Below, piece by piece: positions 12,353 to 25,300 of a stretch of 36,012 nucleotides of DNA. Made by a program: the position numbers and the translations under genes. Under the pieces are notes generated by a model. It was not told where the DNA came from, made no database searches, and was given only the letters and a program-made list of their open reading frames with translations. Positions within the stretch are counted from its first letter, which is position 1; every line of letters starts with the position of its first letter. This DNA is from Chiloscyllium plagiosum (taxonomy: Eukaryota). The stretch spans positions 7,554,211 to 7,590,222 of the forward strand of contig NC_057759.1 in the NCBI RefSeq assembly GCF_004010195.1, written 5' to 3'.

Positions 12353-14987
12353 TGAGAACAAGAACAAAGGAGAAAGAAAATTCCAGAAGAGGAACAGGCC
12401 CTTCAGCCCTCCAAGACTGTCCACCAAGCCACAACCTGATTTCTAAACCTGTCGCTTATTTTCTAAAGGTCTGTATCCCTTTCCTCCCTACCCATTCATG
12501 TATCTGTTTAGATATATCTTAAATGATGCTGTCGTGTCTGCCTCTCCCACCTCCGCTGGCAACGCATTCCAGGTATCCACGACACGCTGCGCAAAGATAA
12601 TTCCATGCATATCGATCCTGAACGTTGCCTCCTTCACTTTGAACTCATTACTCTTCGTCATTGAGTCTTCAGCTCTAGGAATAAGCTTCTTGCGACTCGC
12701 TCTCTCTATACTTCTCTACCAGGTCCCGCCTCAACCTTAGTATTTCTAATGAATATAATCCTAATCTGCTCAGCCTCTCTTCATAGATAGCGCCCTCCAT
12801 ACCAGACAACATCCTAGTGAACAGCCTCTTCACACTCCCCAAACCGTCCCCAACTTCAGGGTACAATGGACCTGAAAGCACAGATCTCTCTATTCATCAA
12901 CTTTACCAAAGGCTCTTCCGTTTACAGTACAGTTCGCTCTAGAATTAGACTTCCCAAAATGCATCACCGCACATTTGCCTGGATTGAACTCCATCTGTCA
13001 TTTTTCTGCCCATCGCTCCAGTCTATCTATATCCTCCATGATGCTTTGACAGTCTCCCATGCTTTCTGCTATTCCACCAATTTTCGTATCATCTGCAAAC
13101 TTACTGATCAGACCAACAATGCCCTCTTACAGATCATTTATGTATAATGCAAACAACAGTGGTCCCAGCACTGATTCCTGTGGAACACCACTGATCACCT
13201 TTCTCCATTTCGAGAAACTCTCTTCAACTAATAATTTCTGTCTCCTGTTGCTCAACCAGTTCTTTATCCCCCTTGTTAGAACACACTGCACACAAAGTGA
13301 CTTCACTTTCTCTATTAGTTTACCATGGGAAATCTTCTCAAACGCCTTAGCAAAGCCCTTGTGGATGACATCCATAGCGTTTCCTTTATCTATCAACTTC
13401 GTCACTTCCTCAATGAACACTATTAAGTTGGTAAGGCACGATCTACCCGGCATAAAAAAAATTGCCTATCACTGATAAGCCCATTCTTTTCCAGATAAAA
13501 GTAGATCTTATCCCTCGTACCTTCTCCAGCAACATTCTTATCACTGACGTCAGGATCACTGGTTTGTAGTTAACTACAATATCCCAACTGCCTTTCTTGT
13601 TCAGGGGTACAACATGAGCAACCGTCCAGTCCTCCAGCACCTCACCTGTGTTTAAGGATGCTGCAAAGACATCTGTCAGAGCTCTGACCATTTCCCCTCT
13701 AGCCTCCGTCAGCAACCTGGGATATATTCCATCCAGTCCATGGCATTTGTCCACCGTAATATCCTTTAGCCTACCCAACACTTCTTCCCTTCTTATGTCA
13801 ATGTGATCTAGAGTAAATAAAATTCTGTTTCTAATCTCGACATTCATCATGTCCCTCTCCTGAATGAACAGGATGCAAAGTAATCATTAAGAATCTCAGC
13901 AATTTTCTCAGGTTCGACACATAACCTTCCTTCCTTATCCTTTAGTGGACCAACACTTTCTCAGGTTATCCTCTTGCTTCTCATAGATGAATAAAAGGCC
14001 TTGGGGTTCTCTTTAATTCTGCTCGCTGATGTTATTTCTTGACCCCTTGTAACCTGTTTGATTCCTCGCTTAAGTTTGGTCCTTCTCTCCTTATATTCCT
14101 CCAAGGCCCGTTCTGTTATTAGCTGCCTGGATATTATGTACGCTTCCCTTTGCTTGTTGTCTAGTCATACGATTTCTCCAGTCATCCACAGTTCACGAAT
14201 CATGCCATTCCTGTCTCTTGTTTTCAAAGGGATATGCTTATCCAGTACCATCTTCAACATATCTTTGAAAGCCTCCAACATATCAAATGTGGACTTCCCT
14301 TCAAATTGCTGCATCCAATCCACATTCCCAGATCCTGCCTAATTTTCATAAAATTGGCCTTGGGCCAGTTTAGCACTCTTCCCTTTGTACCACTTCATCT
14401 TTGCCTACGAATATTCTAAAACTTACAGAATTGTGGTCAGTATTCCCAAAGAAGTCCCCCACAGCAACGTCACGCTCATTCCCCAACACCAGGCCCAATA
14501 TAGCCCCTTTTCTGTTCGGACTATAGACATACTGCTCTAGCTAACTTTCCTGGACTCTCCTTACAAATTTTGCCACATCCAGACCTCTGAAACCTCATGT
14601 TTCCCAGGCAATGTTGGAAAAATGAATATCTCCCATCACCACCACCCTGTCCAGTCTACATTTTTCCATAATCTGTGTAACTCTTTTTTCTTTACCTCAC
14701 GCTCACTGTTGGAAGACATACAAAACAACTCTTTTTTCTTTACCTCACGCTCACTGTTGGAAGACATACAAAACAACCCCACCAATGCAACTGCACCCTT
14801 CTTCTTTCTCAGTTCTACCCATAACGCCTCATTGCTCAAGCCCTCCAGAGTGTTGTCCTTTGTCACAACCGTGATATTATCCCTAACTAGCAATGCAACT
14901 CCTCCCCCCTTTTACTTCCCTCCTTATCCTGTCTGAAGCATTTGTATCCTGGAACATTTACTTGCCAATCATGTCCTTCCTTCAACT
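12353..14987 (-). mobile_element. CR1-type LINE ORF2 relic (duplicate of 6290-8882)
   Basis: GRSCLTNL...[21 protein letters not shown]; same internal deletion as copy 1. Confidence 0.92.
14679..14774. repeat. 48-bp tandem duplication unique to copy 2
   Basis: aactcttttttctttacctcacgctcactgttggaagacatacaaaac occurs twice here but once in copy 1 (about 8621-8668). Confidence 0.9.
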
Positions 14988-14989
14988 TT

Positions 14990-15689
14990 TTTTATGGATC
15001 AGCTCATAGTCATCAGCCACTTCAGCTGCTAACCTTTCTGTTTCAACTCTCTGCACTTCCACATGAGTTCGTACTGCATCTGGCAGTGAATTCCTCCAAA
15101 ATAATCACCTCCTTAAGCGTATCATATGTTTGCTCGATTTTTAAAACTTTTATCCATCTATGGAAATTATTCTGTTTGTTTCTGTCAAACTCAATATAGG
15201 TTTGACAAGCGATCTTCCATAGGTTCAAGCTCATCTGCACATAAAATGGCTTTTTCCAACTCCTCATACTCCCCAGATACCTCCTTTGATAGGATTCCAA
15301 TTCCTCACTCGCTCTGCATAGAAGTTTCGTTTGGATCAATGAAACACTCATTGCCACTGGCGACTGCATTTTTTTCACCACTTTTTCAAATTAAATGAAA
15401 AAGGCTTCCACATCGTTTTCTTCAAATTAGCCAATGCTTGAAATTACTTAAACAGTTTATCACGACGCTTCTGACTAACAGGGATTAACTCATCATCACG
15501 CTCTTCCTCATAAGCCTACACTGAAATTTCAACTCCAGCCTTTTAAGCTGAGTTTTCCTTTTAAGTGTCACTGTTTAAAGTACAAACACTGTATTTTTCT
15601 TCTTCTGCTCTTTCTTTTCCCCTCTCTTCTGCTTCTATTCATAACTCAAACTGTTTCATTTCTGCTGCCCTTTCCTTATCTCTCCCCTC
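14990..15689 (-). mobile_element. Gypsy gag relic (duplicate)
   Basis: ORF 15043-15381 matches 8938-9330. Confidence 0.78.
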
Positions 15690-16189
15690 NNNNNNNNNNN
15701 NNNNNNNNNNNNNNNNNNNNNNNNNNNNNNNNNNNNNNNNNNNNNNNNNNNNNNNNNNNNNNNNNNNNNNNNNNNNNNNNNNNNNNNNNNNNNNNNNNNN
15801 NNNNNNNNNNNNNNNNNNNNNNNNNNNNNNNNNNNNNNNNNNNNNNNNNNNNNNNNNNNNNNNNNNNNNNNNNNNNNNNNNNNNNNNNNNNNNNNNNNNN
15901 NNNNNNNNNNNNNNNNNNNNNNNNNNNNNNNNNNNNNNNNNNNNNNNNNNNNNNNNNNNNNNNNNNNNNNNNNNNNNNNNNNNNNNNNNNNNNNNNNNNN
16001 NNNNNNNNNNNNNNNNNNNNNNNNNNNNNNNNNNNNNNNNNNNNNNNNNNNNNNNNNNNNNNNNNNNNNNNNNNNNNNNNNNNNNNNNNNNNNNNNNNNN
16101 NNNNNNNNNNNNNNNNNNNNNNNNNNNNNNNNNNNNNNNNNNNNNNNNNNNNNNNNNNNNNNNNNNNNNNNNNNNNNNNNNNNNNNNNN
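15690..16189. other. Assembly gap
   Basis: Run of 500 N. Confidence 1.
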
Positions 16190-16399
16190 GATTTAGAGAG
16201 ACAGCAATACGGTATTATTTTAGAAGATCTCCTAGTTGAAGTCATTTAGACAACATTAGTTCCACCATCCCATGACTAAACATCAGAATTAATCTTACAA
16301 ATGTTGGTAACCACCTGGATTTGATGTTGTGAAATGTGCAGCAGAGCAATACGATCTGATCGATTATTGAGTAGTACCAAAGGACTCAATTTAAGCTTA

Positions 16400-18780
16400 A
16401 AACATGGAAAGGTACAGCACAGAACAGGCCCTTCGGCCCACGGTGTTGTGCCGAGGTTTAATCCTAATCTAAAATAAAATAAAATAACCCAAAATACGCA
16501 CCCCTCAATTCACTGCTGTCCATGTGCATGCCCAGCAGTCACCTAAATGTCTCCAATGATTCTGCTTCGATCACCACAGCTGGCTACGCATTCCATGCAT
16601 TCACAACTCTCTGCATGAAGAACCTACCTCTGATGTCTCCTCTGCACCTTCCTCGAACACCTTAAAACTATGACCGCTCGTGCCAGTCAATCCTGCCCTG
16701 AGGAATGGTCTCTGACTATCGAATCTATCCATGCATCTCATTACCGTGTATACATCGATCAGGTCACCTCTCTCCCTCCTTCTCTCCAGAGAGGAATGTC
16801 CGAGCTTAGTCAGCCTCTCTTCGTACGACAATCCCACCAGTCCAGGCAGCATCCTGATAAAACGTCTTTGTACCCTTTCCAAACCCTGCATATCTCCCTT
16901 ATAAAAGGGCGATCAGAACTGGAAACAATATTACAAGTGTGGTCTCACCAGCGTTTTTTAGAGCTGCAGCAAAACTACGCAGCTATTAAACTTGATCACC
17001 CTGTCAATGAAAGCGAAAACACCATATGCTTTTCCCAACACCAGGTCCAAAATGGACTCTTCCATTCTTGGACTGTTGACAAACTGCTGGAGAAAAGTTT
17101 CCTGGACGCTCCTTACATATTCTGCCACATCCAGACCTCTGACACTAAGTGCTTCCCAGTCAATTTTGGGAAAATTAAAATCTCTCATCACCACCACCCT
17201 GTTAACCGACTTGTTCTTCTACCTCATGCTCCATGTTGGGAGGCTTGTATACAGCCCCACCAATGTAACTGCACATTTCTTATTTCTCAGCTCCACCCAT
17301 AATGTCTCCATCACCACCACCCTGTTAACCGATTTGTTCTTCTACCTCATGCTCCCTGTTGGGAGGCTTGTATACAGCCCCACAAATGTAACTGCACATT
17401 TCTTATTTCTCAGCTCCACCCATAATGTCTCACTGCTCAAGCCTTCCATAGTGTCTACCTTTAGCACAGCTGTGATGCCAATACCCAACTACCACTCCTC
17501 CTCCCTCCTATTATTTCCCTCCCTGTCCTGTCTGAAGCATCTATATCCTGGAACATTTAATTGTGAATCATGCTCTTCCTTCAAACCTGTCTCTGTGATC
17601 GCATTAACGTCATACTCCCACGCCCTATGTCCATCTGCCTTACTTTAATCCTTGCATTAAAGTATATGCACTCCAGGCCGCCACTTCTTTTGCGTTCATC
17701 TTTTCTATGCCTATTCTTCCCCTTGGTAATGCTAACTTCATGTTCCTTACAGTCTCCAGTTTCCACCTCACTGTTTAGTAGTGTTATATTCTGGTTCCCA
17801 GCCCATGCCACATTAGTTTAAAACCTCCCCAACAGCAATAGCAAAAACTCTCCCATGGTCATTAGTTCCAGTCTGGTTCAGGTATAGACCGTCCAGTTTG
17901 TAATATTTCCACCTTCCCAAATCTGGTTCCAATGTCCCACAAATCTGACCTCTCCCTCCTATTCCATCCCTCAAGCCAGGTGTTCATCCTGCCTATTCAG
18001 TCATTTTTATCCTGACTAGCATGTGGCACTGGTATCAATCCTGATATCATTACCTTTGAGTTCCTCCTCTTTAACCTATCTCCAAGCTCCCTGAATTCTG
18101 CTTTCAGAATATCATCTTGTTTTTTACTTATATCTTTGGTGCCTATATGCACCACGACAGGCTATTCACCCTTCCCTTTCAGAATGCTCTGCAGCCTATC
18201 GGTGACATTCCTGACCCGAGAAGCTGGCAGGAAACATACCATCGAGGAGTCCTGTTTTCGGCCACAGAACCGCCTATCTACTACCCTTACAATAGAATTC
18301 CCTATGAATATGGCCCTATGAGTCTTTCTCCCGACCTTCTGAACAGCAGTGCATTGCACGGTGACATGATCCTGACAACTGCTGCCCTACCCTTGTGAGC
18401 CATCTCCCCCAACGATATCCAAACTGTTACACCTGTTTTGGAGGAAGATGACCACAGGTGACACCTGAACGGCCTTCCTGCTGATTCCCTGCTTTTTTTT
18501 GTCACCCATTCACTGTCTCCCAAAGCAATTCTAACCTGCAGTGTTACCAGTTCAGTAAATGTGCTACCAACGACTCCTCACCATCGCGAATGCTCCACAG
18601 TGAGTCCATCCGCAGCTCCAGAGACATCATGCGGTCAAACAAGAGCTGCAGCTGGACACACTTCTTGCGAGTGTAAGGGTCAGGGGCGTCAGCCACATCC
18701 CTGAACTCCCACATCAGGCAAGAGGCACATGCCACAGGTCTGAGTTCACCTGCGATTGTAAGCCGTAGCTTTACATCAAC
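16400..18780 (-). mobile_element. Internally deleted CR1-type LINE retaining ORF1 (zinc-finger/leucine-zipper plus SGNH esterase), partial endonuclease and 3' end
   Basis: CASCLMWE...KKCVQLQLL; IFIGNSIVRVVDRRFCGRKQDSSMVCFLP; LECIYFNAR; DFNFPKIDW; LDLVLG fused directly to KAYG; ERVQRRFIRMLPGL. Confidence 0.9.
17186..17431. repeat. 123-bp tandem duplication inside the CR1 endonuclease region
   Basis: catcaccaccaccctgttaacc...cccataatgtctc at 17186-17308 and 17309-17431. Confidence 0.9.
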
Positions 18781-19129
18781 TGACTAAAACTAAATAACGC
18801 ACTTTAATATATAAAAGAAAATAAAGAAAAAATAAATCCCACTTTACAGTCCTTTTATCTGTTTGAAGAAGTGTGGGAAAGAGGGAGATAATATACATGT
18901 AGCATTTCGGGTTTAGACACTGCCCAAATTTATATGAAGTCTTTAAATCACGGCAACTTCCTTGTCTTCAACGTCACATCCGCTTTGGCTCCCGTTGCTC
19001 CCGTATAGGAAAAAGGCCATGGGCTTCGAAGGTAATAATTAATCCAAAGTCTTTACTTTTTTGGCAACCTCTTTGTCTCCACCGTCATCTCCACTCTGTC
19101 TCCCTGTGCTCCCAGAGAGGTAAAAAGCT

Positions 19130-19930
19130 TTCCTGGTTATATCAGTGGTGCAAATATGCACCACGACTTCTCGCTGATCACCCTCCCGCTTCAGAATCTG
19201 TAAACCCAACCAGCGACATTGCAGACCTTGGCTCTGGGGAGTCAACATACCTTCTGGGAGTCCCATACCAGGCTACAAAATCTCCTGTTAATCTATCTAA
19301 CTATTCATTCCCCTACCACTAGCGCTTCTCTATTCTACACCTTCTCTTCTGAGCATCACTGCCATGCTGAGTGCCAGAAACATAGCTACAATGGCTTTCC
19401 CCGGCAGGGAATCCCCACCAGCAGTATTGCTGGTGGGGATGGCCATGGGGGATCTTTGCTCTGTCCATCACTTCACATTCCTCCCCCTGACTGTACCCAG
19501 CTGTTCTCATCTTTTGTCTGACGGGTGACCACTCAATTTCCCTCTCAGACTCCCAGATGATCTACAGTTCATCCAGCTTCCGCAACAGTTCCCTAACTCG
19601 GTTTTCGAGGAGCTGGAGTTGGTGGCACTTCCTGCAGATGTGGCTGGCAGAAACATGTGTCGCCTCTCTCACCTGTCACATTCTGCAGGAGGAACATGCA
19701 ACTGCCCTAACAGCCATGCCTGAGTAATCTGAAAGTCCACACAGGACTAAACAAGGAAGATAAGAAAATAAAAGTAGTGAGAAAACATGAGAACTTACCG
19801 AGTTTACTTCTTCTCACCGCTCTGTTCAAAATGGAGACCCAACTCCAGAGGTAAATCTTTTTTTTTATTAACTGGGAAAAGTTGCCCTACCCGTCAGCCC
19901 TCGCTTCTGTTCGCCCTCTCTCCTCAGCAA
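19130..19930 (-). mobile_element. Second CR1-type ORF1 / 5' UTR relic
   Basis: ILKREGDQREVVVHICTTDI esterase block; Cys-rich N-terminal region near 19620-19710. Confidence 0.7.
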
Positions 19931-20499
19931 TCAGGTGGATTATTCACGACAACGAAGGCCTGTGTTACAGTTCGCCTGCTGGATGCAATCTTTTGTTACG
20001 CCATTTGCTGCTTTTACATGTTTGATTGTTACCGTAGGGCAGGGCGTTGGATGTGGCAGAGCCTATGAAGAATTGTAGACCCATGGTAAACTCTCTGTCC
20101 TTGTTAACTGTTCGGTTCCGAGAGTGGACCATGGCGTCATCCTGGCTCAGCTGTGCTTTTCAATTCTGCTTCTCGTTGCTAATGGACATCGTGCTTTGCT
20201 CACCTTAACAGGCAGTAATTTCCTAACTCACCTTATGAAAAATTATATTTATAAGGTACTGAAGTATAATGGTTATATCTGTGGTCAGGAAAAGTTTTCA
20301 AAGCATAAACGTGAAAACTAACACATGAAACCTTCTTACACTGCATTTTGCTGTTGTTATAATGACTGGTCACGGGACCGGAAACATCAACACTGCTTTA
20401 TCTCGACAGATGCTGAATATTCCCAGAAATATTTGTTGTTGTTACCAGCAGCTCCATTTATTTTATTCTCTCCCACTCTTAAACAAGATGGCACTGAAT

Positions 20500-20880
20500 G
20501 AGTGGTGGTGCACCTCTAACACCATCACTAGATTGGCAATCCCTCAGCCCAGACTAACATTCTTGCTTCGTGCTGCAATCGAGACCCAGGATCTGATGTT
20601 ATCTGACTTCAGTTAATAAACCCGGAATATAATAGCTAGCTCCGTAACTGTGAAGTTGCAATTGTTTTCTTAATCATGTAGACCCACATAGACCACAACT
20701 GTCATTCAGACAGGGTAACCTATTTTGCTCGTGCCTACGTGTGAGTCCAGAAGTACTGCGATGAATTTTGAATTGCAGTGGCCCGACTGAAACGGGTCTA
20801 TGGAACAACTGAGCTCAAAGACAATTAGGGATGCGGACAAATGTTGATTTGTCAGCATGCCGAAATGTTTTAAAAAGGGG
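20500..20880 (+). mobile_element. Degraded SINE (DeuSINE/SacSINE-like)
   Basis: ggaatataatagctag...cctacgtgtgagtccaga...caattagggatgcggacaaatg recalls a common chondrichthyan SINE (recognised from memory, not aligned). Confidence 0.5.
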
Positions 20881-21977
20881 GAAAATCATTACAATGATCC
20901 CACGTAGCACATAATCAAAGGATTGGAAAACACTAAAGATAAATGTTTTCTAAGTGGCTCGGTGGCTGGGAAAAGTGAAACAGTATGTCCTCCCAGTTAG
21001 TGAGTGAGGGACAAAGGTATGTGGCTAGCAATGTAACCCGGAGAGTTAAGAAGATCTGAATAATATATTACAAAGAAAGCAATCGTTTCTCATACAATTG
21101 TCATAAATCAGCATGGTCTCTCTGCAGTTCTATGTTACATTTGAAATTAACACACAAAATAATATTTGATATTTTAAAATTATTATAAAAACCACAAAAT
21201 GACCTTAAAAGCACTCTGTCTAATTCCCAGGAACGTTAACAAATTATCAGCGATGTTAAGTTAATATGACAACACAACTGGAAACTTTCCATCTCTCATT
21301 TTAAGATCTGACTGTAATCAGTAAAACTCTTCCAGATACTTTCCTTCAAATATCAAAAGAAAATATGTTTAGCAATGCATGCATTTATGCCTAATCTCTG
21401 TTAATGAATCAACAGTACACCAGAACATTGAGCACACATAGATGCAAGAGCAGAGACGTTATGTTGCACAGAAATCAAGTCCAATTACACGGTATTTAAT
21501 ATTTGACCAGATATAGACAGAGGCTGTGCTTATAGCAGTCCACTACATTGAATTTATAATCCACGATTTTCAGTAGTTGTTTTAAATGGGTTCGATAAAC
21601 TGAGTGCAGATTTTAAAAAAATCTTGAAGTACCAGTGGAATTAAACACACTCTTCAAATACGAAAACGAGGCTGAAATGGATGATGTGTGTTACGATGAA
21701 CTGAAGGAGGTTACTGAAAGTTCATCATCATTCATACAGGATTCGGCCAAAATTCCGGCCAGTGACGTCAGTATTGTTTTAAGTATCCCTATTGAAAATT
21801 GGAAGAATTCTGTTTCGGGGGCACGTTTAAACATGATTCCATGCTATGCAACATATTATCTAGATTTTGCATCTCTGTGCCCTTCTCTCTCATCCTATTT
21901 AATATATCGCATCAGTTATATGACAGTATGATCTTTTGCTATAAATTCTATCTTCTATTATCCTGTTCCACGAGCTA

Positions 21978-22098
21978 CTTGACGTCGGAGCAGCACTCTG
22001 AAAGCTTATACATCCAAATAAACCTGTTGGTATACAAACTGATGTTGTGTTATCAATAACTCTGTCCACTCCAGTCCAACACCGGTCCCTCTACATCA
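21978..22098 (+). mobile_element. Single degenerate arm of the palindromic Penelope-derived element
   Basis: ggagcagcactctgaaagct...aaacctgttgg...cagtccaacaccgg matches 5905-6019. Confidence 0.75.
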
Positions 22099-22641
22099 CC
22101 CTATTTCGTGCCAGTTTCTGATGGCATTTCTGTTCAGAACTTATATCTATTACACACTCTCTGATTCGTTAATTGGTGTATCTCGGCATAGGCAAACTCC
22201 GTTGTCGTACTAATAATGCGATTATCAGTCAAAGTCCTTAGATTCACATTGCACTTTTGATATTGAGATAAATAATTGCCAGTCACATAAGTAAGATCCC
22301 TCCTCGGCACGTTTTACGGATTCACAGCACCACTGGATCAAAAGGTAGGAATCATCCCTAAACAAATGCCTGCAATCTATACAGCCAGCAACTTCTGAGG
22401 TGACCTCTGCGATGTGTTGCAGTTTGTTCTGGCCGCTAACTCGGGAAGACTTGAAGTATTTGGAGAATATCCCAACTTTGATCATAATTTACTGATGTCC
22501 AACTGTCACAGATAGTAGTATATCCGAAAGGAGACATTTGGTTAAAATATTATGCATTCTATGACTTGGTTTAAAATATTAATCAAAACCATTGCTCAAA
22601 GATGTTAGCCTTACATTCAGTACTGGCTCATAATTTGACGT

Positions 22642-23400
22642 TGTGTTACCGTAGCTTCAGTATCTTCTCTGTAAAATACAATGAAGAAATTGAGGAAGCA
22701 GAAGTCCACAAGAAATAAAGTAAAATGGATAGTTAATAATGAGATTTCCGGAAGTAAATGGCAATACTTTGTGACAATGACATTGTGTTGAGAGGTTACT
22801 TTGTCCTTTTTTTGGGGAATAGAGATACAGTGAGACTTGATGAGCAGCCTGAGAGGGTAAACAGCTTGTGAGGCAATGGGTTTTATTTTCAAGTTGGATC
22901 AATGGAAGGTGCCTAAATGGCTGTGGCCAAACACTCACCCGCAGAACCAGGATCTTTAATTTAGCTTTCAGCAGTTGCTTTGATGTCTTAAAGAAATGGC
23001 AGCTATTCTTTCCCTCTCTCGGTGACAGCCAAACGCTTGGGGCTTTTTGCCTGCTATGGGAGTTGCCTGAAAGGCAGTCTGTTTTCTGAAGATGCCTTTT
23101 GCCAAAGGTGAGTTCATGAGATGATACTATATTGGAACAGTTAATTTATAACATTTACTATATCTACTGTTCTGTTACTTTTTCCAATGGAGTCATGCTA
23201 TTATAATCCCTTCTTTCTATTATTCTATTTTAACTATAGTGCATGTATAAAGTGCGTTTTTGCATTAAATACAATATGTTGATCAATCAAATTGCATTGG
23301 GTTCGGAAGACTTTATATTTGACCATAAATTAAGAAAAAAATGTTACAGTCTAAACTATCTTCTTATCATTTTGAGGGGACCGGGTTTGATTAAAAATGA
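22642..23400 (+). mobile_element. Degraded solo LTR
   Basis: TG start and terminal ttttgagggga motif shared with the other LTR relics. Confidence 0.5.
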
Positions 23401-24077
23401 TACCATGGTACTACTTGGCATTGTTTTCGCCTTGTGTGCTTTTAGTGCGATGAATGCCGTAGTTTCTTCTTGCATCAAACACCGTTTATTTGTGTAACAT
23501 AATAAGTAGCTTTCAAATACATGAAAAAGAGATTCTTTGAATGCAATTTTACTTGAGCTTGGGTGAGCTTTTGAACATCGAATGTCCTTGATCTTAAATG
23601 GAACGAAGGTGCCAAACAGTGGATCAACAGTATGTGACATTAAGTGTATAGCTGCCCCATTGTTATTAGCCAAAAGGATTTCGATAATTAATTGATGCAA
23701 AGTAAAGATGGTGGTGCTCAGCGAACATTCCTCATCTTTCATATTAACAAGTAGTGATTATCAGGTAGTCATTGCCAACAGTAGTCGTCATTGATGCTTC
23801 TCATCAGGCAGTCCTCTCCAGGTGGAAGAGAGACAAGCGGAAGAGGAGGCAGACCCAGGGATGGTACGCTAATACTTGGAGAGCTGGAGGTTGTCTTTGC
23901 AATGTTAAAAAGATTAACGTATCACTCTTAATTGTAACGGCTGTGCAAGTTATTTGTCGTAGCAAATGATATCTCACATCTAATCTGCTGCTTCTGAACA
24001 AATTCAGTAGACAATTGCAAAAAAAAGCTGCAAAACGTTGCTTGTCTATATGAGGTAACTGTGATCTTTAGTGGATA

Positions 24078-24290
24078 CAGAGTTGAGCTGGAGACAGCAC
24101 AACAGATCAAGTAACATCAGAGGAGGTGGGGAGTCGACATTTTATGTCTACACCTTTCATCAGAACTTGATCAAAAATTCCGATATGAAATGTCAAATTC
24201 CCTCCTCTTCTGATGCTGCTTGACCTGCTGTGGTGTCAACCGCTCAACTCTGTATTGACTCTTACTGTCCAGCATCTCCAGTTCTCAGTA
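24078..24290. mobile_element. Degenerate palindromic Penelope-derived element
   Basis: Inverted arms agagttgagc...catcagaggagg / cctcttctgatg...gctcaactct. Confidence 0.65.
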
Positions 24291-24477
24291 TCTCTAAACT
24301 GTGATCATGAAACCACTAAACATATAAAGTTGATAATACTGGGAGTCAGTGGGAGGTCGTTTAAATATCACACTTCAATCTTAACATGTGTAATATGTAT
24401 GTTAATATGAAGCTATACCACAGAAATCCAGAAAGAGCCTACAAGCATGGCAATAACTATATAAGTCTCTATACCTG

Positions 24478-24695
24478 TAGGAGAAAGTGAGGACTGCAGA
24501 TGCTGGAGATCAGAGTCGCGAGCTGGAAAAGCACAGCAGGTCACACAGCACCCGAGGAGCAGGAGAGTCGACGTTTTGTGTATAAGCCCTTCAAGACGAA
24601 TGACTGATGAAGCGATTATTCCTGAAAAGTCGATTCTTCTGCTCCTCGTATGCTGCCTCACTTGCTGTGCTTTTCCAGCACCACACTTTCGATTC
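24478..24695. mobile_element. Palindromic Penelope-derived element
   Basis: gctggaaaagcacagca...gaggagcagga / ttctgctcctc...tgctgtgcttttccagc; central ctgatga...gaaaagtc. Confidence 0.75.
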
Positions 24696-24834
24696 CGTGC
24701 CTACAGTACAGCCCCCGACAGTGGATAGAATGGATTTCCACGTTCACACTTCAGTAACATTATTTCTTCAACTCAACTGGCCAACGTTTTCTCCAGTGAT
24801 TTTTGAGAAGATTTGTAGCTCACGTTGATGTTAA

Positions 24835-25300
24835 GTAACTAAGTTAGCTCGCTGAGCTTGAAGACTTATTTTCAGACGCTTCGTCACCATGCCAAGCAAC
24901 ATCATCAGTGAGAGTGCCTGGTGAAGTGCTGGTGGTATGTCCCGCTTCTCTATTTATAGGTCTTGGTTTCTTAAGGTGGATGATGTCATTTCTGTTTTTT
25001 TTTCTTTCAAAGGAAGGTAGATAGTGTCCACGTCAATGTGTTTATCAATGGAGTTCTGTCTAAAATGCCATGCCTCTAAGATTTCTCATGTGGTCTTTGT
25101 TTTGCCTGCCCTAGGATGTGTATGTTGTCCCAATCAAATTGGTGCCCATTTTTATTTATGTACTTAGAAACTAGTGAATTGGAATCACTTTCGGTGGCCA
25201 GTTGGTGTTCATATGTCCTGATGGCCCGTTTCCTGCTAGTTTGTCGGATGTAATTTTTTTACATTTTTTTAATGTAATCTTGTGAATGACGTCATTTTGG
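24835..25300 (-). mobile_element. Penelope-like element 3' end (GIY-YIG endonuclease relic plus terminal repeat)
   Basis: Minus strand NYIRQTSRKRAIRTYEHQ (GIY-YIG YIGQT.R...R..EH), then FDWDNIHILG; downstream tcaCTGATGAt...GAAGcGTCtga degenerate hammerhead (about 24878-24911). Confidence 0.82.

Larger units (their letters stand above)
11094..15689. repeat. Tandem segmental duplication, copy 2 (runs into the gap)
   Basis: Same order of unique sequence, palindromic element, CR1 and gag as copy 1; paired ORFs such as 7064-7390 and 13127-13453. Confidence 0.92.

Noticed and set aside
16670..17648. 210- and 218-aa plus-strand ORFs
   Set aside because: Antisense to CR1 ORF2 and inflated by the 123-bp duplication.
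21635..21720. MDDVCYDELK, an ITIM-like VxYxxL motif
   Set aside because: Short motif, weak splice sites, and no transmembrane or lectin exons found.
22225..22485. Minus ORF with EEGSYLC resembling an Ig V-domain F strand
   Set aside because: Lacks a correctly placed B-strand Cys and C-strand Trp, and has no clear exon boundaries.
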